From a virus: DNA of 64,000 nt. The DNA is taken from the IMG/VR virus record IMGVR_UViG_3300045988_117355; one strand, given 5' to 3'. Both the position numbers and the translations under genes were made by a program. Below are positions 9,706 to 19,568 of this stretch, piece by piece (position 1 is the first letter of the stretch; each line of letters begins with the position of its first letter). The notes beneath the pieces are model-generated. The model did not search any database. It was not told the DNA's origin and saw only the letters and a list, made by a program, of their open reading frames with translations.

Positions 9706-10680
9706 TTAATCATTTAATAATTCAAAAGCATTTACAGTATCAACAGTTTTAATTCCCATAGATTCTAATAATTCTAAAAATCCAGTGATAACTGGGTTGT
9801 CATTATATAAATCTTTAGCCTCTTCTATTGTTAATTTATTTCTTGATAATTCCTTTTCAGATTTACCAATCTTAGCATATTCTGGAATCTTATCTAATTT
9901 CTCCTCAGGATCATTAGTCGATGTAGAAGTATAAGTATCTTCTACTTTATTTCCTTCTTTCTTTCCAACATATGCCTCAAGTTCCCATCTAGCATAATCT
10001 TCACAGAATTTTCTATAGTTTTCATCAAGTCTATCAAGCTCAATTCTTTCATATTGCTCAGCTAACTTTTTCCATTGATTATAATTATGTATTGCTAGAG
10101 CCTTAGCTTGATTTAATTGATCCTTTAATCTAACTATCTCTTCCTCTGCATTTTTCTTATATGTGTCATTTTCAATATAATCACTTTGCCATTTTACAGT
10201 TTCTTCAAGTTGAGATATTTGCTCTTTTGATTCACATAATTTTTCTCCTAAATTGGCAACTCTTTCCCTCTCTATACCAATAGCTTCTTTCAAATCATCT
10301 ATAGTATCATCATAGGCCACTTCATTATTTTTATATTCCTCAATCTCACGATGTAATTTTATATTTTCATCATGTAATTCTTCAATAGTTTGATATAATC
10401 CTTCTTCTTTATTTCTTAATACATAGTTCTCAGAATTAACAGCTTCTAGAAGTTCCTTATTTTCTGATAATTCTTCCTTTAAAGAAGTTCTTTCAGCTAT
10501 ATAACCACTTACCATCTTTTTTAACTTAGAAATTTCTTGATTCTTAGCCTCAATCAAATCATCCATATTCTTGATAATCTTTAATAAAGATCCTTCCAAT
10601 TCACAAAGTTTTCCAACTTCATCATTCATAAAAGAGTCAATCTTTTCGTAAAATTCTTCACTAATTTTTCCCATAATCAT
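9706..10680 (-). CDS. coiled-coil protein
   Basis: 324 aa, long E/K/L heptad-rich stretches. Confidence 0.5.
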   Translation of the reverse strand: MIMGKISEEFYEKIDSFMNDEVGKLCELEGSLLKIIKNMDDLIEAKNQEISKLKKMVSGYIAERTSLKEELSENKELLEAVNSENYVLRNKEEGLYQTIEELHDENIKLHREIEEYKNNEVAYDDTIDDLKEAIGIERERVANLGEKLCESKEQISQLEETVKWQSDYIENDTYKKNAEEEIVRLKDQLNQAKALAIHNYNQWKKLAEQYERIELDRLDENYRKFCEDYARWELEAYVGKKEGNKVEDTYTSTSTNDPEEKLDKIPEYAKIGKSEKELSRNKLTIEEAKDLYNDNPVITGFLELLESMGIKTVDTVNAFELLND

Positions 10681-10710
10681 ATTTAATATTAAATTAATTT
10701 ATAAAAACAA

Positions 10711-10762
10711 AGATACTATTTAGAATCTACTTTTCCAAGTAATCCGATTCTAAATAGTATCT
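10711..10762 (-). terminator. 17-bp perfect inverted repeat hairpin, likely terminator of minus-strand gene 10811-11086
   Basis: AGATACTATTTAGAATC ... GATTCTAAATAGTATCT with 18-nt spacer; A-rich on plus strand upstream (T-run on minus). Confidence 0.45.
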
Positions 10763-10810
10763 AAATAAGGTTATCATACTCAACATTTAAATCTTTATGG
10801 ATTCATCTAA

Positions 10811-11086
10811 TTATCTTAGTTTCTCTCTAAATTCTGGAAGTAGTTCTTTAAGCTCTTCCTTAACTATTCTTTGTCTATCTAAATAACTTTTATTTGGATA
10901 CTTGATTGCACCTAATTCATTAACTATTTGTGTAGCTTCTGGAGATGTTAAATCTGGATCTTCAGACAATATCTTTTGCATTGATTGCATATTATTTTGT
11001 ATATAATTTAACATCTTTAAAGCATTTTGTATTACTCTAGGATCAAATTGAGAAAAATCAAAATTCCCAAAATTAAAATTAGCCAT
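10811..11086 (-). CDS. hypothetical protein
   Basis: 91 aa track ORF. Confidence 0.4.
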   Translation of the reverse strand: MANFNFGNFDFSQFDPRVIQNALKMLNYIQNNMQSMQKILSEDPDLTSPEATQIVNELGAIKYPNKSYLDRQRIVKEELKELLPEFREKLR

Positions 11087-11217
11087 ACCTGATTCAATTT
11101 AATATTAATATCATTTGTTATTTATTAATACAAAGATAGTAAATATTTAATAAAGTATAGCTTAGATTATGAATTTATATTATCATGTGCTATTTAAAAT
11201 TATACCTTTATTATATA

Positions 11218-11229
11218 ACGTGCGCACGT
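11218..11229. promoter_or_regulatory. GC-rich perfect 12-bp palindrome ACGTGCGCACGT in AT-rich intergenic region (operator candidate)
   Basis: self-complementary; flanked by near-palindromic TATAA/TTATA; about 130 nt upstream of minus gene start at 11086. Confidence 0.3.
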
Positions 11230-11361
11230 ATAATTTAAAATCATATTTCCAAATTAATTTTGGGAATTTTTATTTATCTAATAGGAGAATTTATTAGAGT
11301 AATATTATTGCTGATAATAGTGCAACTATTGCTATAAATAACTTTAATGCTTTACTAGTCT

Positions 11362-11589
11362 TCATATTGAGGTTAATTTATATTTAAGTTCTCTTAGATT
11401 ATTTTCTAATTGAACAACCTTATTTATTTCAAATGATTTTATTGCTATGATCTTAGCTTCTAAATCTCCTACACTTAATTTAAGATCTATTATAGCTTTT
11501 ATTAATAACTCCCACTTATCCTCAGGATTCATTAATTTATTCTTACAATCCTCTAATTGATTTATTGTCACTGAATTTATCATACTCAT
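11362..11589 (-). CDS. hypothetical small protein
   Basis: 75 aa track ORF. Confidence 0.3.
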   Translation of the reverse strand: MSMINSVTINQLEDCKNKLMNPEDKWELLIKAIIDLKLSVGDLEAKIIAIKSFEINKVVQLENNLRELKYKLTSI

Positions 11590-11860
11590 TAATCATATTT
11601 AATGCCATATTGGCAGCATTATGTAATAAATTATTATTTACTTCAACATTTATTATATTAGAATAACTTTCTAATATACTTATTATCTTATTCATACATT
11701 CCTGTTTAGCAAATGTTTTATAAAATACGGATTCAAGTATTGCTTTTTGCATTTCTGAATCTGGAGCATCATCAGAATCTAAAGGAAATCTTACTTCTGA
11801 ATCTCCAAATTCTGAATCAGTAAATATTGTATAACCATTTTCTACGTCAACTCTTAGCAT
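11543..11860 (-). CDS. hypothetical acidic protein
   Basis: 105 aa track ORF. Confidence 0.35.
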   Translation of the reverse strand: MLRVDVENGYTIFTDSEFGDSEVRFPLDSDDAPDSEMQKAILESVFYKTFAKQECMNKIISILESYSNIINVEVNNNLLHNAANMALNMINEYDKFSDNKSIRGL

Positions 11861-12016
11861 CTTCCCAGCTTTTGTCTAATAATTTCCAAAAATCATAATC
11901 ATTAACTCCCATTTCCTCTAAGTCTTTATAAAAGCTTTTAGAGTTATCTAATAATTTTTCTTCAAATTCTCTAAGAGCTTTTATTAGTTCTTCTTTTACA
12001 AATACTTCATTTTCCA

Positions 12017-12763
12017 TTACTCTGTTTCACATTTAATTACATCCTCATAATTTACATGAATATAAGATTCCTTATCACGATCTCTATTTATAATATTTAT
12101 TTGATCTATTAAACTCTTAATTATCCTATCCTTCTCTTGGTCTTTTCTTTTCAATTCCATAATATCTTCTGTATTTTCTTGCACCTGTGCAGCCAAAAAT
12201 AAAACTGCTTGTCCTACCTTATTTAAATCAAATACAAAAGATTTATCCATTTTGGATATAATACTTTTCTCCTCTAAACCTGTAATAATTTTTTTAGTTA
12301 CATGAGGAGAACATCCCATTATCTTTGAAATCTTATTAGTAGTTAAATTCACATTTCCCATTCCGGTATTAGGATCTTTCTCCATTTTATTCTGAATACA
12401 TAAAAATAATGCCTTCTCAGACCCAGTATACTCTTTACTCCTAATAAACTCCATAGTAAACTCTTCTTTATCTCTTAAACTCTTTGGAGGCCTTTTTAAA
12501 GTATATAAATTAGATTTCCCCTTCTTTCCGATTTCTAAATTCCCATTTTCTTGTAACTTCTTTAATCTATTAGAAATAGTATTCTTTGCCATATTGGCCT
12601 CCTTAGATAAAGTATCTAAAGAAACAAAAGTTTGGAATGTTTCTTTATCTGCATAACTTAATAATATCCCATATAACAATACATCTTTATAATCTAAATT
12701 CTCATCATTTGGAATATCATTATCCAATTGAATTCTTTGCGGCTTTTTCTTTCCATTAATCAT
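12017..12763 (-). CDS. putative DNA-binding (HTH) regulator
   Basis: 248 aa; helix-turn-helix-like segment KISKIMGCSPHVTKKIITGLEE; direct-repeat operator candidates just upstream at 12976-13015. Confidence 0.45.
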   Translation of the reverse strand: MINGKKKPQRIQLDNDIPNDENLDYKDVLLYGILLSYADKETFQTFVSLDTLSKEANMAKNTISNRLKKLQENGNLEIGKKGKSNLYTLKRPPKSLRDKEEFTMEFIRSKEYTGSEKALFLCIQNKMEKDPNTGMGNVNLTTNKISKIMGCSPHVTKKIITGLEEKSIISKMDKSFVFDLNKVGQAVLFLAAQVQENTEDIMELKRKDQEKDRIIKSLIDQINIINRDRDKESYIHVNYEDVIKCETE

Positions 12764-12975
12764 TCTGTTTCATGAAATATTTTTATTTTATTTAATCATT
12801 TATCAACATTACAAAGATAATAATTATATTTTTGAAAACCGATTGAATATAGAAAATTATAAAATTTTGAACTAATGAGCTCTTCTTAAATACTATATTT
12901 AAAAATGATTATATCTCAATATAATATACTTATTAAAATAATCATTTTATTTAAATATCCAATATAAAACCGATT

Positions 12976-12993
12976 GTTTGCACTGGTTGAGAT
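12976..12993. promoter_or_regulatory. direct repeat copy 1 (GTTTGCACTGGTTGAGAT)
   Basis: 18-bp unit repeated exactly 22 bp downstream. Confidence 0.4.
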
Positions 12994-12997
12994 TGAA

Positions 12998-13015
12998 GTT
13001 TGCACTGGTTGAGAT
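12998..13015. promoter_or_regulatory. direct repeat copy 2 (GTTTGCACTGGTTGAGAT)
   Basis: identical to 12976-12993; also AAAACCGATTG recurs at 12836 and 12967. Confidence 0.4.
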
Positions 13016-13253
13016 ATAGAAAATTATTCTTCCAGTTTAATTTAACATTTTTTAACTATTAAAAGTATATATTTAATAAGCTTATAATATCATTAACTTA
13101 AAATTTTGGATCACAAAAGTTTGCATATATTGACACCTATCTATACTAGCAACTTGGAATCCAGCTACCGACCCTACCCTAGCCAGGGTTTACAACTCTT
13201 CTTCGAAGAGTTTGAAGATTTAAGTTTATTTTAAGCCCCTCCCGTTCTATTGT

Positions 13254-14237
13254 TTAAAAGTTATTTATATTATTATAAAGATTAGTAATCATTTCTTTAA
13301 ATTGATCTATAGTTAAATCAGATTTAGCTTTATTCACCACACTAGAACATATACATACATTTCCTTTTATATACCCTTTATTAGAATCAATTCTATCTAA
13401 AGAAGGATTGGAATGAAGACTTTCTGAATCTAATTTAATTCCAGAATAATAACATCTCCCCTCCTGTTTATTTAGTAAATCTAAAAGATATTCCTCATCT
13501 AAATTAAACTCTAATTTAGATTTTAATATACCTTCTCTTTTTCTCCTAGTTCTCAAAGATTTTTTACAATTGGTTAAAAGATTTTTTACTATATTTAATT
13601 TTGATCTTTTATTTATACAAGATGTACATATAGATTTACTTTTGCAATTACCAAATTTATTAGGATCTGTTTCTCCACATATTTTGCACTGAAACTCAGA
13701 AGTTTTAATATTAACATCACCAGAATTTAGAGTGTTATCTATTTGAATTTGACCTTCATGATTTATTACTATTCCAAAGTTATTATCTTTTAAATTTCTT
13801 CTTACAACAGAAGACTTATTTTTAAGTACCTCAAAAACATCCCCCTCTCCGAAGTCTTTTATCTTGTTGTTAATTCTGTATATAACATTTATGTCTAGAG
13901 ATGGATCTATTTCAACTATCTTCCTAGGAGGAATTTTCTCAAATGAAGGCAGTATTTTTATTAGCCTACATAGTATTTCTTTCATTTGATAAGTCAATTT
14001 ATCATCTAGTATAAACTCATAACAGTCCAAAGTCTCATTTAGTTTATACATAGGGTAAAATCCATTTTTATTAATCTTTTCTATTTTTCCCAATTCCAAT
14101 AGATTATCTAAAGCCTTTTTAAGATATGTCTGCTTGAATCCATACTGAGATAAAATTTTGTACGATATAGTTGAAATTCCAGATTCTGAAAAACAATTTA
14201 ATACTCTCAAAACTACTTCTAAATTTAAATTTTCCAT
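13254..14237 (-). CDS. DNA-binding/zinc-ribbon protein with HNH-like C-terminal domain (paralog of 4533-5192 C-terminus)
   Basis: 327 aa; Cys clusters CKICGE, CKSKSICTSC; C-terminal SLDRIDSNKGYIKGNVCICSSVVNKAKSD shares the pattern of the 4533 protein. Confidence 0.45.
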   Translation of the reverse strand: MENLNLEVVLRVLNCFSESGISTISYKILSQYGFKQTYLKKALDNLLELGKIEKINKNGFYPMYKLNETLDCYEFILDDKLTYQMKEILCRLIKILPSFEKIPPRKIVEIDPSLDINVIYRINNKIKDFGEGDVFEVLKNKSSVVRRNLKDNNFGIVINHEGQIQIDNTLNSGDVNIKTSEFQCKICGETDPNKFGNCKSKSICTSCINKRSKLNIVKNLLTNCKKSLRTRRKREGILKSKLEFNLDEEYLLDLLNKQEGRCYYSGIKLDSESLHSNPSLDRIDSNKGYIKGNVCICSSVVNKAKSDLTIDQFKEMITNLYNNINNF

Positions 14238-14494
14238 TTTTGCTAATTTTAATTAAACATTATTTTTCTTATACAAAGGTAGGTGTTTTAGAAAATAAAA
14301 ACAATAAAAATAGGAAAAATTATTTTATTGAGTAGGATATTATTTTATCTTTAAATTTTTAAGTTGAATGAAGAAAAATTTAGAATTAATCGAGCGACAG
14401 ATGTATTCCCCCAAAACACCCCCTAACCACCTTGAGGAAAAAGTGAAATTCCTCGCCAAAATAAAAAATAATAAACCACTTAAATTTTACGATT

Positions 14495-14890
14495 ATGGCA
14501 GTAAATAGAAGCCTATCAAAAGAAGATTTGGAAAAAATCGCATTTGTAGCATCAGAATTTGGTTCTAGTGCTCAAGTAAATGACACCATTAAAGTTCCTG
14601 CAGATCCACACTTTGATGAGGTAAAACAAGAAATTGGTGGACAAGACAGAACTTGGTACGTTGTTAAAGACATTCTTTACAATGGAAAGAGTAAAGAGTC
14701 TCAATCAGTCAATTTCGCAAAAAGAGGTAAAAAGTCAGAAAGATCTCAGGCTACCAATGACAAGTTGGCCAACACTCATACTTTACTTGATCTATACAAG
14801 CTGATTGCCGGAACCACTTGGAAATGTGTCTATGTTGAAACAAATCCATTTGGAACTACCAATGCAACTTGGGATTTGGTAACTGAGTAA
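14495..14890 (+). CDS. hypothetical protein (compositionally distinct, C-rich leader)
   Basis: 131 aa; unusual C-rich 5' region 14400-14460. Confidence 0.5.
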   Translation: MAVNRSLSKEDLEKIAFVASEFGSSAQVNDTIKVPADPHFDEVKQEIGGQDRTWYVVKDILYNGKSKESQSVNFAKRGKKSERSQATNDKLANTHTLLDLYKLIAGTTWKCVYVETNPFGTTNATWDLVTE

Positions 14891-15003
14891 TAACAATAAA
14901 AATTTACAATCATGAATAACATTATCGAAGATTACTGGTCTGATGACTACGGTTACGTAGAAGTTCTTTACCTAAATGGTGAAATATATCAGATACAAAG
15001 ATA

Positions 15004-15030
15004 AAGGGTTAAAACCCTTTATCTTTTTTA
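15004..15030 (+). terminator. rho-independent terminator
   Basis: AAGGGTT-aaa-ACCCTT hairpin followed by T-run. Confidence 0.6.
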
Positions 15031-15130
15031 AGTATTTTTTTAATCTTCATCATGTTATTCAATTGTGAATTTTAATGCAGCCAAAGACTGTCTCAAGCCA
15101 GTAGAATGCAGAGAGTTATTCATGATTGGG

Positions 15131-15160
15131 CACTCCTGAACATGAGTATAAACTGTTCAT
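15131..15160 (+). promoter_or_regulatory. promoter-like repeat copy 1 (ACTCCTGAAcATGAGTATAAACT)
   Basis: near-identical 23-29 nt element recurs at 15325-15353; contains TATAAA. Confidence 0.35.
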
Positions 15161-15324
15161 ATAATATTAAAAATTTATTTTACTATATTAAAACCTCTTA
15201 GTGTATAGGATAACTAAGATACTATGGTTAAAACAGCTTAGCCCAGCGAAAAAGTGAGTACTCAATCTCACCCATGCCTAATAAAGGATGTGCAAAGGGC
15301 AATTAGGCTTTATAAGCCAAGTAA

Positions 15325-15353
15325 TACTCCTGAGTATGAGTATAAACTACTCT
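15325..15353 (+). promoter_or_regulatory. promoter-like repeat copy 2, 25 nt upstream of ORF 15377
   Basis: tACTCCTGAgtATGAGTATAAACT. Confidence 0.35.
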
Positions 15354-15376
15354 ATTAATTTTAAATATAACACACT

Positions 15377-15592
15377 ATGGAAACAGTTGAAAAGAGAAAG
15401 AAATTATTTGAAAAAGCATGTGAAGGATTTCTAAATGCTTTATATGCTGAAAAAGGAAAGAGTGATAATATTACATCAGATGATATTGATGTAGTTTGGG
15501 AAGCATTATTGTTATCTTTACATAAATTTGAGCCAAATTTAAGAGAGATTGCGGAAGAGGTTTGTGATAAAATTGTTGAAAATAAAATATAA
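15377..15592 (+). CDS. hypothetical small protein
   Basis: 71 aa; preferred over overlapping antisense ORF 15361-15603. Confidence 0.3.
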   Translation: METVEKRKKLFEKACEGFLNALYAEKGKSDNITSDDIDVVWEALLLSLHKFEPNLREIAEEVCDKIVENKI

Positions 15593-16462
15593 CTCGAATT
15601 CATGCTGACGATTACTGGAAATTAATGTCCAGATTTACCATGATTAGTATATCTAATGTAGGTAGGCTTAAACGAGTATAAATAAAAGCCGAAAAACACT
15701 TGATTGTGAAAATCCTAGTGAAGTAGAGTAACTAGGATTTTTTATTTTGATTATATTGGTGTATTTATATATTTTGGGTTTTAGGATGTTTAGGATAATT
15801 ATTATAATTATCTAATTGATGTGAGATGTGTGGTGAGGTTGTGAGGCAAGTGTAACTCCAACTCCACCATCTCCATCTTTTTCATCCAAATCATCACCAA
15901 AATTATCTCTACAACTAGGTAAATTTTTAAGATTTCTTTCATCGGGAATAAATATTTTGTAACGTAGTTCATGATTTTTAATTAGTTTTAACTTGTTATG
16001 CATTTTATTTGCTTCAACTTTTTGTTTTAAGTTTTTTTTGAAAAAAATTAAACATTAGATTAATATAAAGTCGTGAGATTCATATTAATCGAATAATCTA
16101 AATCATGTTATATCTAGTTGATATATTATTATACAACATAAGTTTATAATAGTGATTTAGATTATGAATAATATCTAATTCTGGAAGGTACCAATAAGTT
16201 CGGGTTAGATATTATTAGTTACTAATAGGAAGGAGAAATCCTTCCTATTTTTATTTAGGATATTATGAAGAAAAGATATATAAAACATTTAAAAATAGTG
16301 CTTATTATATTAAACATAATAAGTGCTGCATTAGTACTTGCAACTGAGGACGATTGGACCTGGGTTGCGTTTATTATTTGTATAATTGTTTCATTTGTAG
16401 TATTCCTTGTGGAAGAGGATATTACTTATTAATTTTTAAATAACACTAAAACACTAAATATT

Positions 16463-16981
16463 ATGGAATTATACAATAAAAAGGAATTATTAGAATATGC
16501 TAAAGCTTGTAATTTATCAGATGTAGCTGATAGAGCTTTGATGTCAATTCTTAAATTAAGTGATACAGAGAAAGAAATGGGACTTAACCCAAGTTTGGAT
16601 TTTTCTAAGATTCAGATAAAGATTCAGGATAGTAGAACTAAGTGTAGAAAGTTATTAAATGTATTAGAAGAGAAGTTCTATGATACTTTTAGAGGATTTA
16701 AGGAAGATTTAGATAAATCTGAGATGATTGTAGAGAAATTTGAATTATATGCAAATAGAAGTATTTCCAAAGGTGAATATGTATACGATAACTATTTAAA
16801 TATTAAGATAAGGGATAAAGATGGTCATTTAAATATTATTAATACACTTATTCAATCTTCTGGAGATAAACTTGCATGTTGTATAGGAAAGCATAGTAAT
16901 GCGGAATTAGATAGTATTTGCGAAAAATATTTTCAAGTAGTACCTGCAATATTGTTTAAACCAGAACTTATTTATTTATAA
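16463..16981 (+). CDS. hypothetical protein
   Basis: 172 aa; start preceded by AACACTAAAACACTAAATATT. Confidence 0.45.
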   Translation: MELYNKKELLEYAKACNLSDVADRALMSILKLSDTEKEMGLNPSLDFSKIQIKIQDSRTKCRKLLNVLEEKFYDTFRGFKEDLDKSEMIVEKFELYANRSISKGEYVYDNYLNIKIRDKDGHLNIINTLIQSSGDKLACCIGKHSNAELDSICEKYFQVVPAILFKPELIYL

Positions 16982-16989
16982 AAAAATTA

Positions 16990-17082
16990 TCCACCTTGTG
17001 TTCCCTTCTTGCCTATTTTAGTACGTCAGACTTGCAACACAATACACACATAAGCTTATATTTAAGTTCAACACAAGGTGGA
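16990..17082. repeat. 13-bp perfect inverted repeat TCCACCTTGTGTT / AACACAAGGTGGA flanking a 67-nt loop
   Basis: intergenic between 16463-16981 and 17137-17664. Confidence 0.5.
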
Positions 17083-17136
17083 TTTTATAAGATATTTATA
17101 TTAAATTATTAGATAACATATTAAAACACTAAAACT

Positions 17137-17664
17137 ATGGAAAATTATCAAAACACTAAAGAGAGAAGAGATCAAGAAGTTGAAAGATGTTCAACTTTAG
17201 TTACTAAAGTTTTAAATACTCTAAGATTAGACTCCAAAGATGGAGTGTTTTATAAGGAGAGTTTAAAGCAATTGTTGGGAGAGATTTCTGGAACAAAGAG
17301 ATCTATAATTATTCAGAGGTTAATTGGGAGGAAAATTATTAGTAAGATAGGGAAGGATAACATTGGGTCATTATATGTTATTAATAACTTTTCCAAACCT
17401 GTTTATATTGGGAATGTGAGAGAGGCTGTAAGAGCAGCTTGTGATTATTATAATAAGAACTATCTTGATTATAAGAGAAATGAGCGAAGAGTTGAAGTTG
17501 GCCCAATTGAGAGAGTTTCTGATAGTAAAAAGTTCTTTTTAGATAGAGATAAATTATCTCAAGAAGAAAAGGAAAGAATGTGTGTTGAATTCTTACTGAG
17601 AGTTGAAGGGAATAGAAGATATAGAATTATTAAAGAAACTTCTGAGGAATTGAAACTTCAATAA
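17137..17664 (+). CDS. hypothetical protein
   Basis: 175 aa; start preceded by TTAAAACACTAAAACT (same element as 16463). Confidence 0.45.
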   Translation: MENYQNTKERRDQEVERCSTLVTKVLNTLRLDSKDGVFYKESLKQLLGEISGTKRSIIIQRLIGRKIISKIGKDNIGSLYVINNFSKPVYIGNVREAVRAACDYYNKNYLDYKRNERRVEVGPIERVSDSKKFFLDRDKLSQEEKERMCVEFLLRVEGNRRYRIIKETSEELKLQ

Positions 17665-17745
17665 CTATTGAGGTAATAATGTATATAGAGTTAAATAAAT
17701 TAAATTACTCGAATTAGTTTCTTTCATTCATAGCAAATATACATT

Positions 17746-17931
17746 ATGAAAACAATAGGTATGATAGTTATATTTGTGATTTTGATTTTATTTTGGTTTA
17801 TGATTGGAAGAATAGGTGCTATTATATTATTTATAATAATGATAGCTCTGTTCCTTATTGTCCAAATCATCCAAACTTATTTAGAAGATCGAAAGAACAA
17901 ACTAAACAACAAAAACAAAAACAAAAAATGA
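17746..17931 (+). CDS. small membrane protein
   Basis: 61 aa, hydrophobic, Lys-rich tail. Confidence 0.35.
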   Translation: MKTIGMIVIFVILILFWFMIGRIGAIILFIIMIALFLIVQIIQTYLEDRKNKLNNKNKNKK

Positions 17932-17940
17932 TTGACTTTA

Positions 17941-17969
17941 GGCTGTGGTAGAAATATCACAGCCTTTTT
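17941..17969 (+). terminator. rho-independent terminator
   Basis: GGCTGTG-gtagaaata-CACAGCC then TTTTT. Confidence 0.65.
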
Positions 17970-17981
17970 CTATTTAATCCA

Positions 17982-18215
17982 ATGGCAAAGAAAAAAGAAG
18001 TTGATTATAGGAGAGCTTGGAATAGTGTAACATATTTAAATAATATGTACAGCAGAACCAAGAAGAGTATCTACTTTGATTTAGCTATATTATATAAAAT
18101 GGCTATTGATTGGTATGATATGGACAATGCAAATACAGAGGGAGGAAAGAAATTTGATGAACAATGTTATTTAAATAATGTTGAAGCAGAGTTCTATACT
18201 CCTTGGAGAATATAA
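17982..18215 (+). CDS. hypothetical small protein
   Basis: 77 aa track ORF. Confidence 0.35.
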   Translation: MAKKKEVDYRRAWNSVTYLNNMYSRTKKSIYFDLAILYKMAIDWYDMDNANTEGGKKFDEQCYLNNVEAEFYTPWRI

Positions 18216-18658
18216 ATTTATCCATTTTTATCTGAGATTTCTATTAAGACTTCATCAGGCTTGGAAATATATCTGAAGAAGACTTAAACCAAGTAAAATA
18301 AAAGTTGAAACCTCTTATATCATGGAAGAGCTGTTAGGCTAGAACTAACAGAGTAATTCTGGGGGGGAATATAATTCCGATATGAGTTAGATAAGGAGAA
18401 AATCCTTATCTATTAAAAGGTTATATATTAAAATCCGAAAGGGTTTAAGATATGTATAGGGTTAATATTGTATAAAGGGTCATCTAGCTAGTGACCCTTT
18501 AAAGAAGGGAATAGTTAATTTAAATATTATGAAGAAGATTAGAGATATTTTAGAGAAGCTATTCTTATGGTTTATATTAATCTTAGTAATAGCTGTTGGG
18601 ATCTCATACTTATTAGTATGGATAGGGATATTATTTGTCTTGATTAAATATTAAGAGT

Positions 18659-18877
18659 ATGATTACATATTTAATTCTTCACAGGGTATTTTTGTTTCTG
18701 TGTATAATAGACTTTACATTTTCATTAATATTTGGAATTTCTTACGCAGAATTTGAAGGAAGACTTACAAGAATAATAGCTATAATCTCAGTTGTAACCT
18801 TTATTATAAGTGGGATTTTAACTATAATTTTTGGAACACTTTATGATCCAAATCCTTGTTTTCATATAACTAACTAA
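18659..18877 (+). CDS. small membrane protein
   Basis: 72 aa hydrophobic. Confidence 0.3.
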   Translation: MITYLILHRVFLFLCIIDFTFSLIFGISYAEFEGRLTRIIAIISVVTFIISGILTIIFGTLYDPNPCFHITN

Positions 18878-18982
18878 GTATCAATGATGTGCAATTTATT
18901 TTAAACTTTCTTATTAAATAATTTGGAAGTGTTAAATGAATTGCATATCTTTGTACTCACATTTTGATAATAAAGACGTAAT

Positions 18983-19069
18983 GCCGAAGTGGTGAAACTG
19001 GATATACACGTTAGACTTAAGATCTAATGGTCAGTAATGGCCGTGTGGGTTCGAGTCCCACCTTCGGTA
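18983..19069 (+). tRNA. tRNA-Leu (anticodon TAA), type II
   Basis: acceptor GCCGAAG/CTTCGGT, anticodon loop CTTAAGA, long variable arm, T-arm GTGGGTTCGAGTCCCAC. Confidence 0.75.
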
Positions 19070-19386
19070 CACTTTTCTCTTTTATGATATTTTTTCATAA
19101 AGGTTAGTATTTAGTGTGTTAGGTAAGGAGTAGAAATACTCCTTACTATTTATTAGATTTTAAAATTAAATATATGACTTTAGAAATAATTTTATGGATA
19201 ATTAGCTCTGCATCATTTTTAACTTCAATGCTCATTATAACACTAATACTTGCTGATGATAGGGTTCTTTCTTCACTACAACGTGCAATAAGTTGCATTA
19301 TGTTACTCTTTTATTCATAATGAGCTTTATTCAAGCAATAAGTTCAATGATTGAATTAACAATTCAACAATTAAAATAAATTACAT

Positions 19387-19459
19387 AGCCTCAAGGTCAA
19401 ATGGTTAAGATGTCCGACTGTCTATCGGTACGGAGCGGGTTCGATTCCCGTTGGGGCTG
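19387..19459 (+). tRNA. tRNA-Asp (GTC)
   Basis: acceptor AGCCTCA/TGGGGCT, anticodon loop CTGTCTA, T-arm GCGGGTTCGATTCCCGT. Confidence 0.7.
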
Positions 19460-19464
19460 CATAT

Positions 19465-19539
19465 GTGAAGTTACCAGAGTGGCTTAATGGCTCAGACTGC
19501 AAATCTGTTGATTCGGGAGTTCGAATCTCCCACTTCACT
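19465..19539 (+). tRNA. tRNA-Cys (GCA)
   Basis: acceptor GTGAAGT/ACTTCAC, anticodon loop CTGCAAA, T-arm GGGAGTTCGAATCTCCC. Confidence 0.7.
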
Positions 19540-19568
19540 CAGTATTAATTAAATTTAAATTTAAGATT

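Noticed and set aside
15812-16003. Minus-strand ORF (63 aa) in the 15.6-16.4 kb AT-rich region
   Set aside because: Isolated, with no RBS and odd composition (DGDGGVGV). The region looks regulatory or repeat-rich rather than coding.
18479-18500. Hairpin AAGGGTCA..TGACCCTT as a terminator
   Set aside because: Strong 8-bp stem but no downstream T-run. Not reported as a terminator.
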